DNA from: Nemertoderma westbladi
Lineage: Eukaryota; Animalia; Xenacoelomorpha
Direction: 5' to 3'
Length of the DNA stretch: 55,839 nucleotides
Assembly: GCA_032718475.1 (NCBI GenBank)
Contig: JAUCBJ010000880.1
Location: forward strand, 1 to 55,839
Within the stretch, counting starts at the first letter, position 1; each line of letters opens with the position of its first letter. Positions 13,001-26,680 of this stretch are shown here, one piece after another. The notes beneath the pieces were generated by a model, which was not told the origin of the DNA, did no database searches, and was given only the letters and a program-made list of their open reading frames with translations. The translations under genes were made by a program, and so were the position numbers.

Positions 13001-16000
13001 TTAGTTAGTTAGAATCCCCTACATGACCCACCATTTAGTTAGTTAGAATCCCCTACATGACCCGCCATTTAGTTAGTTAGAATCCCCTACATGACCCACC
13101 ATTTAGTTAGTTAGAATCCCCTACATGACCCACCATTTAGTTGGTTAGAATCCCCTACATGACCCACCATTTAGTTAGTTAGAATCCCCTACATGACCCA
13201 CCATTTACTTAGTTAGAATCCCCTACATGACCCACCATTTAGTTAGTTAGAATCACCTACATGACCCACCATTTAGTTAGTTAGAATCCCCTACATGACC
13301 CACCATTTAGTTAGTTAGAATCCCCTACATGACCCACCATTTAGTTAGTTAGAATCCCCTACATGAACCACCATTTAGTTAGTTAGAATCCCCTACATGA
13401 CCCACCATTTAGTTAGTTAGAATCCCCTACATGACCCACCATTTAGTTAGTTAGAATCCCCTACATGACCCACCATTTAGTTAGTTAGAATCCCCTACAT
13501 GACCCACCATTTACTTAGTTAGAATCCCCTACATGACCCACCATTTACTTAGTTAGAATCCCCTACATGACCCACCATTTAGTTAGTTAGAATCCCCTAC
13601 ATGACCCACCATTTAGTTAGTTAGAATCCCCCACATGACCCGCCATTTAGTTAGTTAGAATCCCCTACATGACCCACCATTTAGTTAGTTAGAATCCCCT
13701 ACATGACCCACCATTTAGTTAGTTAGAATCCCCTACATGACCCACCATTTACTTAGTTAGAATCCCCTACATGACCCACCATTTAGTTAGTTAGAATCCC
13801 CTACATGACCCGCCATTTAGTTAGTTAGAATCCCCTACATGACCCACCATTTACTTAGTTAGAATCCCCTACATGACCCACCATTTAGTTAGTTAGAATC
13901 CCCTACATGACCCGCCATTTAGTTAGTTAGAATCCCCTACATGACCCACCATTTAGTTAGTTAGAATCCCCCACATCACCCGCCATTTAGTTAGTTAGAA
14001 TCCCCTACATGACCCACCATTTAGTTAGTTAGAATCCCCTACATGACCCACCATTTACTTAGTTAGAATCCCCTACATGACCCACCATTTAGTTAGTTAG
14101 AATCCCCTACATGACCCACCATTTAGTTAGTTAGAATCCCCTACATGACCCACCATTTAGTTAGTTAGAATCCCCTACATGACCCACCATTTAGTTAGTT
14201 AGAATCCCCTACATGACCCACCATTTAGTTAGTTAGAATCCCCTACATGACCCGCCATTTAGTTAGTTAGAATCCCCTACATGACCCGCCATTTAGTTAG
14301 TTAGAATCCCCTACATGACCCACCATTTAGTTAGTTAGAATCCCCTACATGACCCACCATTTAGTTAGTTAGAATCCCCTACATGACCCGCCATTTAGTT
14401 AGTTAGAATCCCCACCATGACCCACCATTTAGTTAGTTAGAATCCCCTACATGACCCACCATTTAGTTAGTTAGAATCCCCTACATGACCCGCCATTTAG
14501 TTAGTTAGAATCCCCTACATGACCCACCATTTAGTTAGTTAGAATCCCCTACATGACCCGCCATTTAGTTAGTTAGAATCCCCTACATGACCCACCATTT
14601 AGTTAGTTAGAATCCCCTACATGACCCACCATTTAGTTAGTTAGAATCCCCTACATGACCCGCCATTTAGTTAGTTAGAATCCCCTACATGACCCACCAT
14701 TTAGTTAGTTAGAATCCCCTACATGACCCACCATTTAGTTAGTTAGAATCCCCTACATGACCCACCATTTAGTTAGTTAGAATCACCTACATGACCCACC
14801 ATTTAGTTAGTTAGAATCACCTACATGAACCACCATTTAGTTAGTTAGAATCACCTACATGACCCACCATTTAGTTAGTTAGAATCCCCTACATGACCCA
14901 CCATTTAGTTAGTTAGAATCCCCTACATGACCCACCATTTAGTTAGTTAGAATCCCCTACATGACCCACCATTTAGTTAGTTAGAATCCCCTACATGACC
15001 CACCATTTAGTTAGTTAGAATCCCCTACATGACCCACCATTTAGTTAGTTAGAATCACCTACATGAACCACCATTTAGTTAGTTAGAATCCCCTACATGA
15101 CCCACCATTTAGTTAGTTAGAATCACCTACATGACCCACCATTTAGTTAGTTAGAATCACCTACATGAACCACCATTTAGTTAGTTAGAATCACCTACAT
15201 GACCCACCATTTAGTTAGTTAGAATCCCCTACATGACCCACCATTTAGTTAGTTAGAATCCCCTACATGACCCACCATTTAGTTAGTTAGAATCCCCTAC
15301 ATGACCCACCATTTAGTTAGTTAGAATCCCCTACATGACCCACCATTTAGTTAGTTAGAATCCCCTACATGACCCACCATTTAGTTAGTTAGAATCACCT
15401 ACATGAACCACCATTTAGTTAGTTAGAATCACCTACATGACCCACCATTTAGTTGGTTAGAATCCCCTACATGAACCACCATTTAGTTAGTTAGAATCCC
15501 CTACATGAACCACCATTTAGTTAGTTAGAATCCCCTACATGACCCACCATTTAGTTAGTTAGAATCACCTACATGACCCACCATTTAGTTAGTTAGAATC
15601 ACCTACATGACCCACCATTTAGTTAGTTAGAATCACCTACATGAACCACCATTTAGTTAGTTAGAATCACCTACATGACCCACCATTTAGTTAGTTAGAA
15701 TACCCTACATGAGCCACCATTTAGTTAGTTAGAATCCCCTACATGACCCACCATTTAGTTAGTTAGAATCCCCTACATGACCCACCATTTAGTTAGTTAG
15801 AATCCCCTACATGACCCACCATTTAGTTAGTTAGAATCACCTACATGACCCACCATTTAGTTAGTTAGAATCACCTACATGAACCACCATTTAGTTAGTT
15901 AGAATCACCTACATGACCCACCATTTAGTTAGTTAGAATCCCCTACATGACCCACCATTTAGTTAGTTAGAATCCCCTACATGACCCACCATTTAGTTAG

Positions 16001-19000
16001 TTAGAATCACCTACATGAACCACCATTTAGTTAGTTAGAATCACCTACATGACCCACCATTTAGTTAGTTAGAATCCCCCACATGACCCGCCATTTAGTT
16101 AGTTAGAATCACCTACATGACCCACCATTTAGTTAGTTAGAATCACCTACATGAACCACCATTTAGTTAGTTAGAATCACCTACATGACCCACCATTTAG
16201 TTAGTTAGAATCCCCTACATGACCCACCATTTAGTTAGTTAGAATCCCCTACATGACCCACCATTTAGTTAGTTAGAATCACCTACATGAACCACCATTT
16301 AGTTAGTTAGAATCACCTACATGACCCACCATTTAGTTGGTTAGAATCCCCTACATGAACCACCATTTAGTTAGTTAGAATCCCCTACATGACCCACCAT
16401 TTAGTTAGTTAGAATCCCCTACATGACCCGCCATTTAGTTAGTTAGAATCCCCTACATGACCCACCATTTAGTTAGTTAGAATCCCCTACATGACCCACC
16501 ATTTAGTTAGTTAGAATCCCCTACATGACCCACCATTTAGTTAGTTAGAATCACCTACATGACCCACCATTTAGTTAGTTAGAATCCCCTACATGACCCA
16601 CCATTTAGTTAGTTAGAATCCCCTACATGACCCACCATTTAGTTAGTTAGAATCCCCTACATGACCCACCATTTAGTTAGTTAGAATCCCCTACATGACC
16701 CACCATTTAGTTAGTTAGAATCCCCTACATGAACCACCATTTAGTTAGTTAGAATCCCCTACATGACCCACCATTTAGTTAGTTAGAATCCCCTACATGA
16801 CCCGCCATTTAGTTAGTTAGAATCCCCTACATGACCCACCATTTAGTTAGTTAGAATCCCCTACATGACCCACCATTTAGTTGGTTAGAATCCCCTACAT
16901 GACCCACCATTTAGTTAGTTAGAATCCCCTACATGACCCACCATTTACTTAGTTAGAATCCCCTACATGACCCACCATTTAGTTAGTTAGAATCACCTAC
17001 ATGACCCACCATTTAGTTAGTTAGAATCCCCTACATGACCCACCATTTAGTTAGTTAGAATCCCCTACATGACCCACCATTTAGTTAGTTAGAATCCCCT
17101 ACATGAACCACCATTTAGTTAGTTAGAATCCCCTACATGACCCACCATTTAGTTAGTTAGAATCCCCTACATGACCCACCATTTAGTTAGTTAGAATCCC
17201 CTACATGACCCACCATTTAGTTAGTTAGAATCCCCTACATGACCCACCATTTACTTAGTTAGAATCCCCTACATGACCCACCATTTACTTAGTTAGAATC
17301 CCCTACATGACCCACCATTTAGTTAGTTAGAATCCCCTACATGACCCACCATTTAGTTAGTTAGAATCCCCCACATGACCCGCCATTTAGTTAGTTAGAA
17401 TCCCCTACATGACCCACCATTTAGTTAGTTAGAATCCCCTACATGACCCACCATTTAGTTAGTTAGAATCCCCTACATGACCCACCATTTACTTAGTTAG
17501 AATCCCCTACATGACCCACCATTTAGTTAGTTAGAATCCCCTACATGACCCGCCATTTAGTTAGTTAGAATCCCCTACATGACCCACCATTTACTTAGTT
17601 AGAATCCCCTACATGACCCACCATTTAGTTAGTTAGAATCCCCTACATGACCCGCCATTTAGTTAGTTAGAATCCCCTACATGACCCACCATTTAGTTAG
17701 TTAGAATCCCCCACATCACCCGCCATTTAGTTAGTTAGAATCCCCTACATGACCCACCATTTAGTTAGTTAGAATCCCCTACATGACCCACCATTTAGTT
17801 AGTTAGAATCCCCTACATGACCCACCATTTACTTAGTTAGAATCCCCTACATGACCCACCATTTAGTTAGTTAGAATCCCCTACATGACCCACCATTTAG
17901 TTAGTTAGAATCACCTACATGACCCACCATTTAGTTAGTTAGAATCCCCTACATGACCCGCCATTTAGTTAGTTAGAATCCCCTACATGACCCGCCATTT
18001 AGTTAGTTAGAATCCCCTACATGACCCACCATTTAGTTAGTTAGAATCCCCTACATGACCCACCATTTAGTTAGTTAGAATCCCCTACATGACCCGCCAT
18101 TTAGTTAGTTAGAATCCCCACCATGACCCACCATTTAGTTAGTTAGAATCCCCCACATGACCCACCATTTAGTTAGTTAGAATCCCCTACATGACCCGCC
18201 ATTTAGTTAGTTAGAATCCCCTACATGACCCACCATTTAGTTAGTTAGAATCCCCTACATGACCCGCCATTTAGTTAGTTAGAATCCCCTACATGACCCA
18301 CCATTTAGTTAGTTAGAATCCCCTACATGACCCACCATTTAGTTAGTTAGAATCCCCTACATGACCCGCCATTTAGTTAGTTAGAATCCCCTACATGACC
18401 CACCATTTAGTTAGTTAGAATCCCCTACATGACCCACCATTTAGTTAGTTAGAATCCCCTACATGACCCACCATTTAGTTAGAATCCCCTACATGACCCA
18501 CCATTTAGTTAGTTAGAATCCCCTACATGACCCACCATTTAGTTAGTTAGAATCCCCCACATGACCCACCATTTAGTTAGTTAGAATCCCCTACATGACC
18601 CACCATTTAGTTAGTTAGAATCCCCTACATGACCCACCATTTAGTTAGTTAGAATCCCCTACATGACCCACCATTTAGTTAGTTAGAATCACCTACATGA
18701 CCCACCATTTAGTTAGTTAGAATCACCTACATGAACCACCATTTAGTTAGTTAGAATCACCTACATGACCCACCATTTAGTTAGTTAGAATCCCCTACAT
18801 GACCCACCATTTAGTTAGTTAGAATCCCCTACATGACCCACCATTTAGTTAGTTAGAATCCCCTACATGACCCACCATTTAGTTAGTTAGAATCCCCTAC
18901 ATGACCCACCATTTAGTTAGTTAGAATCCCCTACATGACCCACCATTTAGTTAGTTAGAATCACCTACATGAACCACCATTTAGTTAGTTAGAATCCCCT

Positions 19001-22000
19001 ACATGACCCACCATTTAGTTAGTTAGAATCACCTACATGACCCACCATTTAGTTAGTTAGAATCACCTACATGAACCACCATTTAGTTAGTTAGAATCAC
19101 CTACATGACCCACCATTTAGTTAGTTAGAATCCCCTACATGACCCACCATTTAGTTAGTTAGAATCCCCTACATGACCCACCATTTAGTTAGTTAGAATC
19201 CCCTACATGACCCACCATTTAGTTAGTTAGAATCCCCTACATGACCCACCATTTAGTTAGTTAGAATCCCCTACATGACCCACCATTTAGTTAGTTAGAA
19301 TCACCTACATGAACCACCATTTAGTTAGTTAGAATCACCTACATGACCCACCATTTAGTTGGTTAGAATCCCCTACATGAACCACCATTTAGTTAGTTAG
19401 AATCCCCTACATGAACCACCATTTAGTTAGTTAGAATCCCCTACATGACCCACCATTTAGTTAGTTAGAATCACCTACATGACCCACCATTTAGTTAGTT
19501 AGAATCACCTACATGACCCACCATTTAGTTAGTTAGAATCACCTACATGAACCACCATTTAGTTAGTTAGAATCACCTACATGACCCACCATTTAGTTAG
19601 TTAGAATACCCTACATGAGCCACCATTTAGTTAGTTAGAATCCCCTACATGACCCACCATTTAGTTAGTTAGAATCCCCTACATGACCCACCATTTAGTT
19701 AGTTAGAATCCCCTACATGACCCACCATTTAGTTAGTTAGAATCACCTACATGACCCACCATTTAGTTAGTTAGAATCACCTACATGAACCACCATTTAG
19801 TTAGTTAGAATCACCTACATGACCCACCATTTAGTTAGTTAGAATCCCCTACATGACCCACCATTTAGTTAGTTAGAATCCCCTACATGACCCACCATTT
19901 AGTTAGTTAGAATCACCTACATGAACCACCATTTAGTTAGTTAGAATCACCTACATGACCCACCATTTAGTTAGTTAGAATCCCCCACATGACCCGCCAT
20001 TTAGTTAGTTAGAATCACCTACATGACCCACCATTTAGTTAGTTAGAATCACCTACATGAACCACCATTTAGTTAGTTAGAATCACCTACATGACCCACC
20101 ATTTAGTTAGTTAGAATCCCCTACATGACCCACCATTTAGTTAGTTAGAATCCCCTACATGACCCACCATTTAGTTAGTTAGAATCACCTACATGAACCA
20201 CCATTTAGTTAGTTAGAATCACCTACATGACCCACCATTTAGTTGGTTAGAATCCCCTACATGAACCACCATTTAGTTAGTTAGAATCCCCTACATGACC
20301 CACCATTTAGTTAGTTAGAATCCCCTACATGACCCGCCATTTAGTTAGTTAGAATCCCCTACATGACCCACCATTTAGTTAGTTAGAATCCCCTACATGA
20401 CCCACCATTTAGTTAGTTAGAATCCCCTACATGACCCACCATTTAGTTAGTTAGAATCACCTACATGACCCACCATTTAGTTAGTTAGAATCCCCTACAT
20501 GACCCACCATTTAGTTAGTTAGAATCCCCTACATGACCCACCATTTAGTTAGTTAGAATCCCCTACATGACCCACCATTTAGTTAGTTAGAATCCCCTAC
20601 ATGACCCACCATTTAGTTAGTTAGAATCCCCTACATGAACCACCATTTAGTTAGTTAGAATCCCCTACATGACCCACCATTTAGTTAGTTAGAATCCCCT
20701 ACATGACCCGCCATTTAGTTAGTTAGAATCCCCTACATGACCCACCATTTAGTTAGTTAGAATCCCCTACATGACCCACCATTTAGTTGGTTAGAATCCC
20801 CTACATGACCCGCCATTTAGTTAGTTAGAATCCCCACATGACCCACCATTTAGTTAGTTAGAATCCCCTACATGACCCACCATTTAGTTAGTTAGAATCC
20901 CCTACATGACCCGCCATTTAGTTAGTTAGAATCCCCTACATGACCCACCATTTAGTTAGTTAGAATCCCCTACATGACCCGCCATTTAGTTAGTTAGAAT
21001 CCCCTACATGACCCACCATTTAGTTAGTTAGAATCCCCTACATGACCCACCATTTAGTTAGTTAGAATCCCCTACATGACCCGCCATTTAGTTAGTTAGA
21101 ATCCCCTACATGACCCACCATTTAGTTAGTTAGAATCCCCTACATGACCCACCATTTAGTTAGTTAGAATCCCCTACATGACCCACCATTTTAGTTAGAA
21201 TCCCCTACATGACCCACCATTTAGTTAGTTAGAATCCCCTACATGACCCACCATTTAGTTAGTTAGAATCCCCTACATGACCCACCATTTAGTTAGTTAG
21301 AATCCCCTACATGACCCACCATTTAGTTAGTTAGAATCCCCTACATGACCCACCATTTAGTTAGTTAGAATCCCCTACATGACCCACCATTTAGTTAGTT
21401 AGAATCCCCTACATGACCCACCATTTAGTTAGTTAGAATCCCCTACATGACCCACCATTTAGTTAGTTAGAATCCCCTACATGACCCACCATTTAGTTAG
21501 TTAGAATCCCCTACATGACCCACCATTTAGTTAGTTAGAATCCCCTACATGACCCACCATTTAGTTAGTTAGAATCCCCTACATGACCCACCATTTAGTT
21601 AGTTAGAATCCCCTACATGACCCGCCATTTAGTTAGTTAGAATCCCCTACATGACCCACCATTTAGTTAGTTAGAATCCCCTACATGACCCACCATTTAG
21701 TTAGTTAGAATCCCCTACATGACCCGCCATTTAGTTAGTTAGAATCCCCTACATGACCCACCATTTAGTTAGTTAGAATCCCCTACATGACCCGCCATTT
21801 AGTTAGTTAGAATCCCCTACATGACCCACCATTTAGTTAGTTAGAATCCCCTACATGACCCACCATTTAGTTAGTTAGAATCCCCTACATGACTCGCCAT
21901 TTAGTTAGTTAGAATCCCCTACATGACCCACCATTTAGTTAGTTAGAATCCCCTACATGACCCACCATTTAGTTAGTTAGAATCCCCTACATGACCCACC

Positions 22001-25000
22001 ATTTAGTTAGTTAGAATCCCCTACATGACCCGCCATTTAGTTAGTTAGAATCCCCTACATGACCCACCATTTAGTTAGTTAGAATCCCCTACATGACCCA
22101 CCATTTAGTTAGTTAGAATCCCCTACATGACCCGCCATTTAGTTAGTTAGAATCCCCTACATGACCCACCATTTAGTTAGTTACAATCCCATACATGACC
22201 CACCATTTAGTTAGTTAGAATCCCCTACATGACCCACCATTTAGTTAGTTAGAATCCCCTACATGACCCACCATTTAGTTAGTTAGAATCCCCTACATGA
22301 CCCACCATTTAGTTAGTTAGAATCCCCTACATGACCCACCATTTAGTTAGTTAGAATCCCCTACATGACCCACCATTTAGTTAGTTAGAATCCCCTACAT
22401 GACCCGCCATTTAGTTAGTTAGAATCCCCTACATGACCCACCATTTAGTTAGTTAGAATCCCCTACATGACCCACCATTTAGTTAGTTAGAATCCCCTAC
22501 ATGACCCACCATTTAGTTAGTTAGAATCCCCTACATGACCCACCATTTAGTTAGTTAGAATCCCCTACATGACCCACCATTTAGTTAGTTAGAATCCCCT
22601 ACATGACCCGCCATTTAGTTAGTTAGAATCCCCTACATGACCCACCATTTAGTTAGTTAGAATCCCCTACATGACCCACCATTTAGTTAGTTAGAATCCC
22701 CTACATGACCCACCATTTAGTTAGTTAGAATCCCCTACATGACCCACCATTTAGTTAGTTAGAATCCCCTACATGACCCGCCATTTAGTTAGTTAGAATC
22801 CCCTACATGACCCACCATTTAGTTAGTTAGAATCCCCTACATGACCCACCATTTAGTTAGTTAGAATCCCCTACATGACCCACCATTTAGTTAGTTAGAA
22901 TCCCCTACATGACCCGCCATTTAGTTAGTTAGAATCCCCTACATGACCCACCATTTAGTTAGTTAGAATCCCCTACATGACCCGCCATTTAGTTAGTTAG
23001 AATCCCCTACATGACCCACCATTTAGTTAGTTAGAATCCCCTACATGACCCACCATTTAGTTAGTTAGAATCCCCTAAATGACCCACCATTTAGTTAGTT
23101 AGAATCCCCTACATGACCCACCATTTAGTTAGTTAGAATCCCCTACATGACCCACCATTTAGTTAGTTAGAATCCCCTACATGACCCACCATTTAGTTAG
23201 AATCCCCTAAATGACCCACCATTTAGTTAGTTAGAATCCCCTACATGACCCACCATTTAGTTAGTTAGAATCCCCTACATGACCCGCCATTTAGTTAGTT
23301 AGAATCCCCTACATGACCCACCATTTAGTTAGTTAGAATCCCCTAAATGACCCACCATTTAGTTAGTTAGAATCCCCTACATGACCCACCATTTAGTTAG
23401 TTAGAATCCCCTATATGACCCACCATTTAGTTAGTTAGAATCCCCTACATGACCCGCCATTTAGTTAGTTAGAATCCCCTACATGACCCACCATTTAGTT
23501 AGTTAGAATCCCCTAAATGACCCACCATTTAGTTAGTTAGAATCCCCTACATGACCCACCATTTAGTTAGTTAGAATCCCCTACATGACCCGCCATTTAG
23601 TTAGTTAGAATCCCCTACATGACCCACCATTTAGTTAGTTAGAATCCCCTAAATGACCCACCATTTAGTTAGTTAGAATCCCCTACATGACCCGCCATTT
23701 AGTTAGTTAGAATCCCCTACATGACCCACCATTTAGTTAGTTAGAATCCCCTAAATGACCCACCATTTAGTTAGTTAGAATCCCCTACATGACCCACCAT
23801 TTAGTTAGTTAGAATCCCCTACATGACCCACCATTTAGTTAGTTAGAATCCCCTACATGACCCGCCATTTAGTTAGTTAGAATCCCCTACATGACCCACC
23901 ATTTAGTTAGTTAGAATCCCCTACATGACCCACCATTTAGTTAGTTAGAATCCCCTACATGACACACCATTTAGTTAGAATCCCCTAAATGACCCACCAT
24001 TTAGTTAGTTAGAATCCCCTACATGACCCACCATTTAGTTAGTTAGAATCCCCTACATGACCCACCATTTAGTTAGTTAGAATCCCCTACATGACCCACC
24101 ATTTAGTTAGTTAGAATCCCCTACATGACCCGCCATTTAGTTAGTTAGAATCCCCTACATGACCCACCATTTAGTTAGTTAGAATCCCCTACATGACCCA
24201 CCATTTAGTTAGTTAGAATCCCCTACATGACCCACCATTTAGTTAGAATCCCCTAAATGACCCACCATTTAGTTAGTTAGAATCCCCTACATGACCCACC
24301 ATTTAGTTAGTTAGAATCCCCTACATGACCCACCATTTAGTTAGTTAGAATCCCCTACATGACCCACCATTTAGTTAGTTAGAATCCCCTACATGACCCA
24401 CCATTTAGTTAGTTAGAATCCCCCACATGACCCACCATTTAGTTAGTTAGAATCCCCTACATGACCCACCATTTAGTTAGTTAGAATCCCCTACATGACC
24501 CGCCATTTAGTTAGTTAGAATCCCCTACATGACCCACCATTTAGTTAGTTAGAATCCCCTACATGACCCGCCATTTAGTTAGTTAGAATCCCCTACATGA
24601 CCCACCATTTAGTTAGTTAGAATCCCCCACATGACCCACCATTTAGTTAGTTAGAATCCCCTACATGACCCGCCATTTAGTTAGTTAGAATCCCCTACAT
24701 GACCCACCATTTAGTTAGTTAGAATCCCCTACATGACCCACCATTTAGTTAGAATCCCCTAAATGACCCACCATTTAGTTAGTTAGAATCCCCTACATGA
24801 CCCACCATTTAGTTAGTTAGAATCCCCGACATGACCCACCATTTAGTTAGTTAGAATCCCCTACATGACCCACCATTTAGTTAGTTAGAATCCCCTACAT
24901 GACCCACCATTTAGTTAGTTAGAATCCCCTACATGACCCACCATTTAGTTAGTTAGAATCCCCTACATGACCCACCATTTAGTTAGTTAGAATCCCCTAC

Positions 25001-25686
25001 ATGACCCGCCATTTAGTTAGTTAGAATCCCCTACATGACCCGCCATTTAGTTAGTTAGAATCCCCTACATGACCCACCATTTAGTTAGTTAGAATCCCCT
25101 ACATGACCCGCCATTTAGTTAGTTAGAATCCCCTACATGACCCACCATTTAGTTAGTTAGAATCCCCTACATGACCCACCATTTAGTTAGTTAGAATCCC
25201 CTACATGACCCACCATTTAGTTAGAATCCCCTAAATGACCCACCATTTAGTTAGTTAGAATCCCCTACATGACCCACCATTTAGTTAGTTAGAATCCCCT
25301 ACATGACCCACCATTTAGTTAGTTAGAATCCCCTACATGACCCACCATTTAGTTAGTTAGAATCCCCTACATGACCCACCATTTAGTTAGAATCCCCTAA
25401 ATGACCCACCATTTAGTTAGTTAGAATCCCCTACATGACCCACCATTTAATTGGTTAGAATCCCCTACATGACCCACCATTTAGTTAGTTAGAATCACCT
25501 ACATGACCCACCATTTAGTTAGTTAGTATCCCCTACATGACCCACCATTTAGTTAGATAGAATCCCCTACATGACCCACCATTTAGTTAGTTAGAATCCC
25601 CTACATGACCCACCATTTAGTTAGTTAGAATCCCCTACATGACCCGCCATTTAGTTAGTTAGAATCCCCTACACGACCCACCATTT
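1066..25686. repeat. 34-bp tandem satellite array, ~24.6 kb, ~725 copies, consensus TTTAGTTAGTTAGAATCCCCTACATGACCCACCA
   Basis: Period 34 read directly (tcccc at 1081, 1115 ...). Perfectly homogeneous ~1.9-7.9 kb, variant-patterned higher-order blocks 7.9-20.8 kb, and 30-bp deletion variants toward 25.7 kb. Confidence 0.99.
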
Positions 25687-25801
25687 CAACTTTTCTTTCG
25701 ATCTCGTATTTATTCCGTTTGGGTTCCTGAAGATAAGTTAATTCGGATGGCTCATCGACCTCCAGACTGGCTGTAGAATCCGCGTTAACTACAGGAGGTA
25801 T
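25682..25801 (-). CDS. TMEM104: TMEM104-like exon 3 (IPPVVNADSTASLEVDEPSELTYLQEPKRNKYEIERKVEM)
   Basis: 120 nt, acceptor TTTATTCACAG, donor ATG|GTGGGT. YEIERKVEM joined to exon 4 GDMARMFF reproduces the conserved FEITDRVEMGQMASMFF motif. Not in the ORF track. Confidence 0.85.
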
Positions 25802-26065
25802 CTGTGAATAAATTGAGTGGCATTAGGGAAACTGAAACTAATCAAAGATAGTCTAAGAATGGCCAGGCCATTAGCAGTATATAACTAACGAACTATATGG
25901 CGATGTTGTCAGTACTTTATCATCAAATAGCTGGTTGCAAAAATTTATTGAAATTGAATTGATTTTTACGAAAAAATAAGTTAATTAAATATTAATTTTG
26001 TGTTAAATATTGTTTCTAAAGTTTAAGCAAATAATAAAATAGGGATAACTCAGTGACGAACTAAC

Positions 26066-26263
26066 CATAACAGAATGTTTGGCTGAGAGGACGACGTTAG
26101 CGTTGGACATGGCCTCTATCATAAACGTGACGGTCGCGTAAGAGATTACAGCGAGTAGAGTGAGAGTTAGTAAACCGAAGAACCAGCCGGCCTGGGCGAA
26201 GGCGAGGGGTAAAGCGAGGGCTCCGGTACCGACAATAAGGTTGAACACGTAAATAAAGCCAAT
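26066..26263 (-). CDS. TMEM104: TMEM104-like exon 2 (IGFIYVFNLIVGTGALALPLAFAQAGW...EAMSNANVVLSAKHSVM)
   Basis: 198 nt, acceptor TCTCCCGTTACAG, donor ATG|GTTAGT. FNLIVGTGAL is the TM1 signature of the TMEM104/Aa_trans family. Confidence 0.9.
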
Positions 26264-26530
26264 CTGTAACGGGAGATAAAGGACCATAAAGACGATAATA
26301 ATGTAAATATACTAACGTTGGTAACTTCTTAACATTTTATGACACCTTTATTCCTTGGCCTATAGAAGTGTTTTAACATTTTAAGCAGTAAGATTTCATA
26401 TTATTTTTGCTACTTTCATTAATACCGACGTACAAACCGGCTGTAGTGAGACTGATGTGATACTTTTATAAATTTAGATGCAACCTATAAAAGTGGCGTC
26501 AACCCAAACCGCCAAATACGTATATTATAT

Positions 26531-26634
26531 ATCAGTTAATGTAACGCCCCGTCCATGACAAACGGGAACAGTTCAATAAGTTAATCAGTTAATATGGCGA
26601 CCATGAGTACATACGGGAACAGTTCACAAAGTTA
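26531..26634. repeat. Degenerate ~52-bp tandem duplication near the intron 1 donor
   Basis: atcagttaat..ccatga..acgggaacagttca..aagtta occurs twice in tandem. Confidence 0.65.
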
Positions 26635-26647
26635 CCAATTGACTTAC

Positions 26648-26680
26648 CAACGGTGAATATGTTTCTTTAATTCGATCCAT
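26648..26680 (-). CDS. TMEM104: TMEM104-like exon 1 (MDRIKETYSPL)
   Basis: AAAATG start context, canonical donor TTG|GTAAGT, phase 0 into exon 2. YSP resembles the YSS/YSP preceding TM1 in homologues. Confidence 0.75.

Noticed and set aside
1066-25686. CRISPR array (34-bp repeat length)
   Set aside because: Repeats are head-to-tail with no unique spacers, there are no cas genes, and the context is a spliceosomal intron.
1066-25686. Telomeric repeat tract (TTAG resemblance)
   Set aside because: The unit is 34 bp with TTAG, not TTAGG/TTAGGG. It is flanked by exons on both sides and its boundaries are explained by local sequence.
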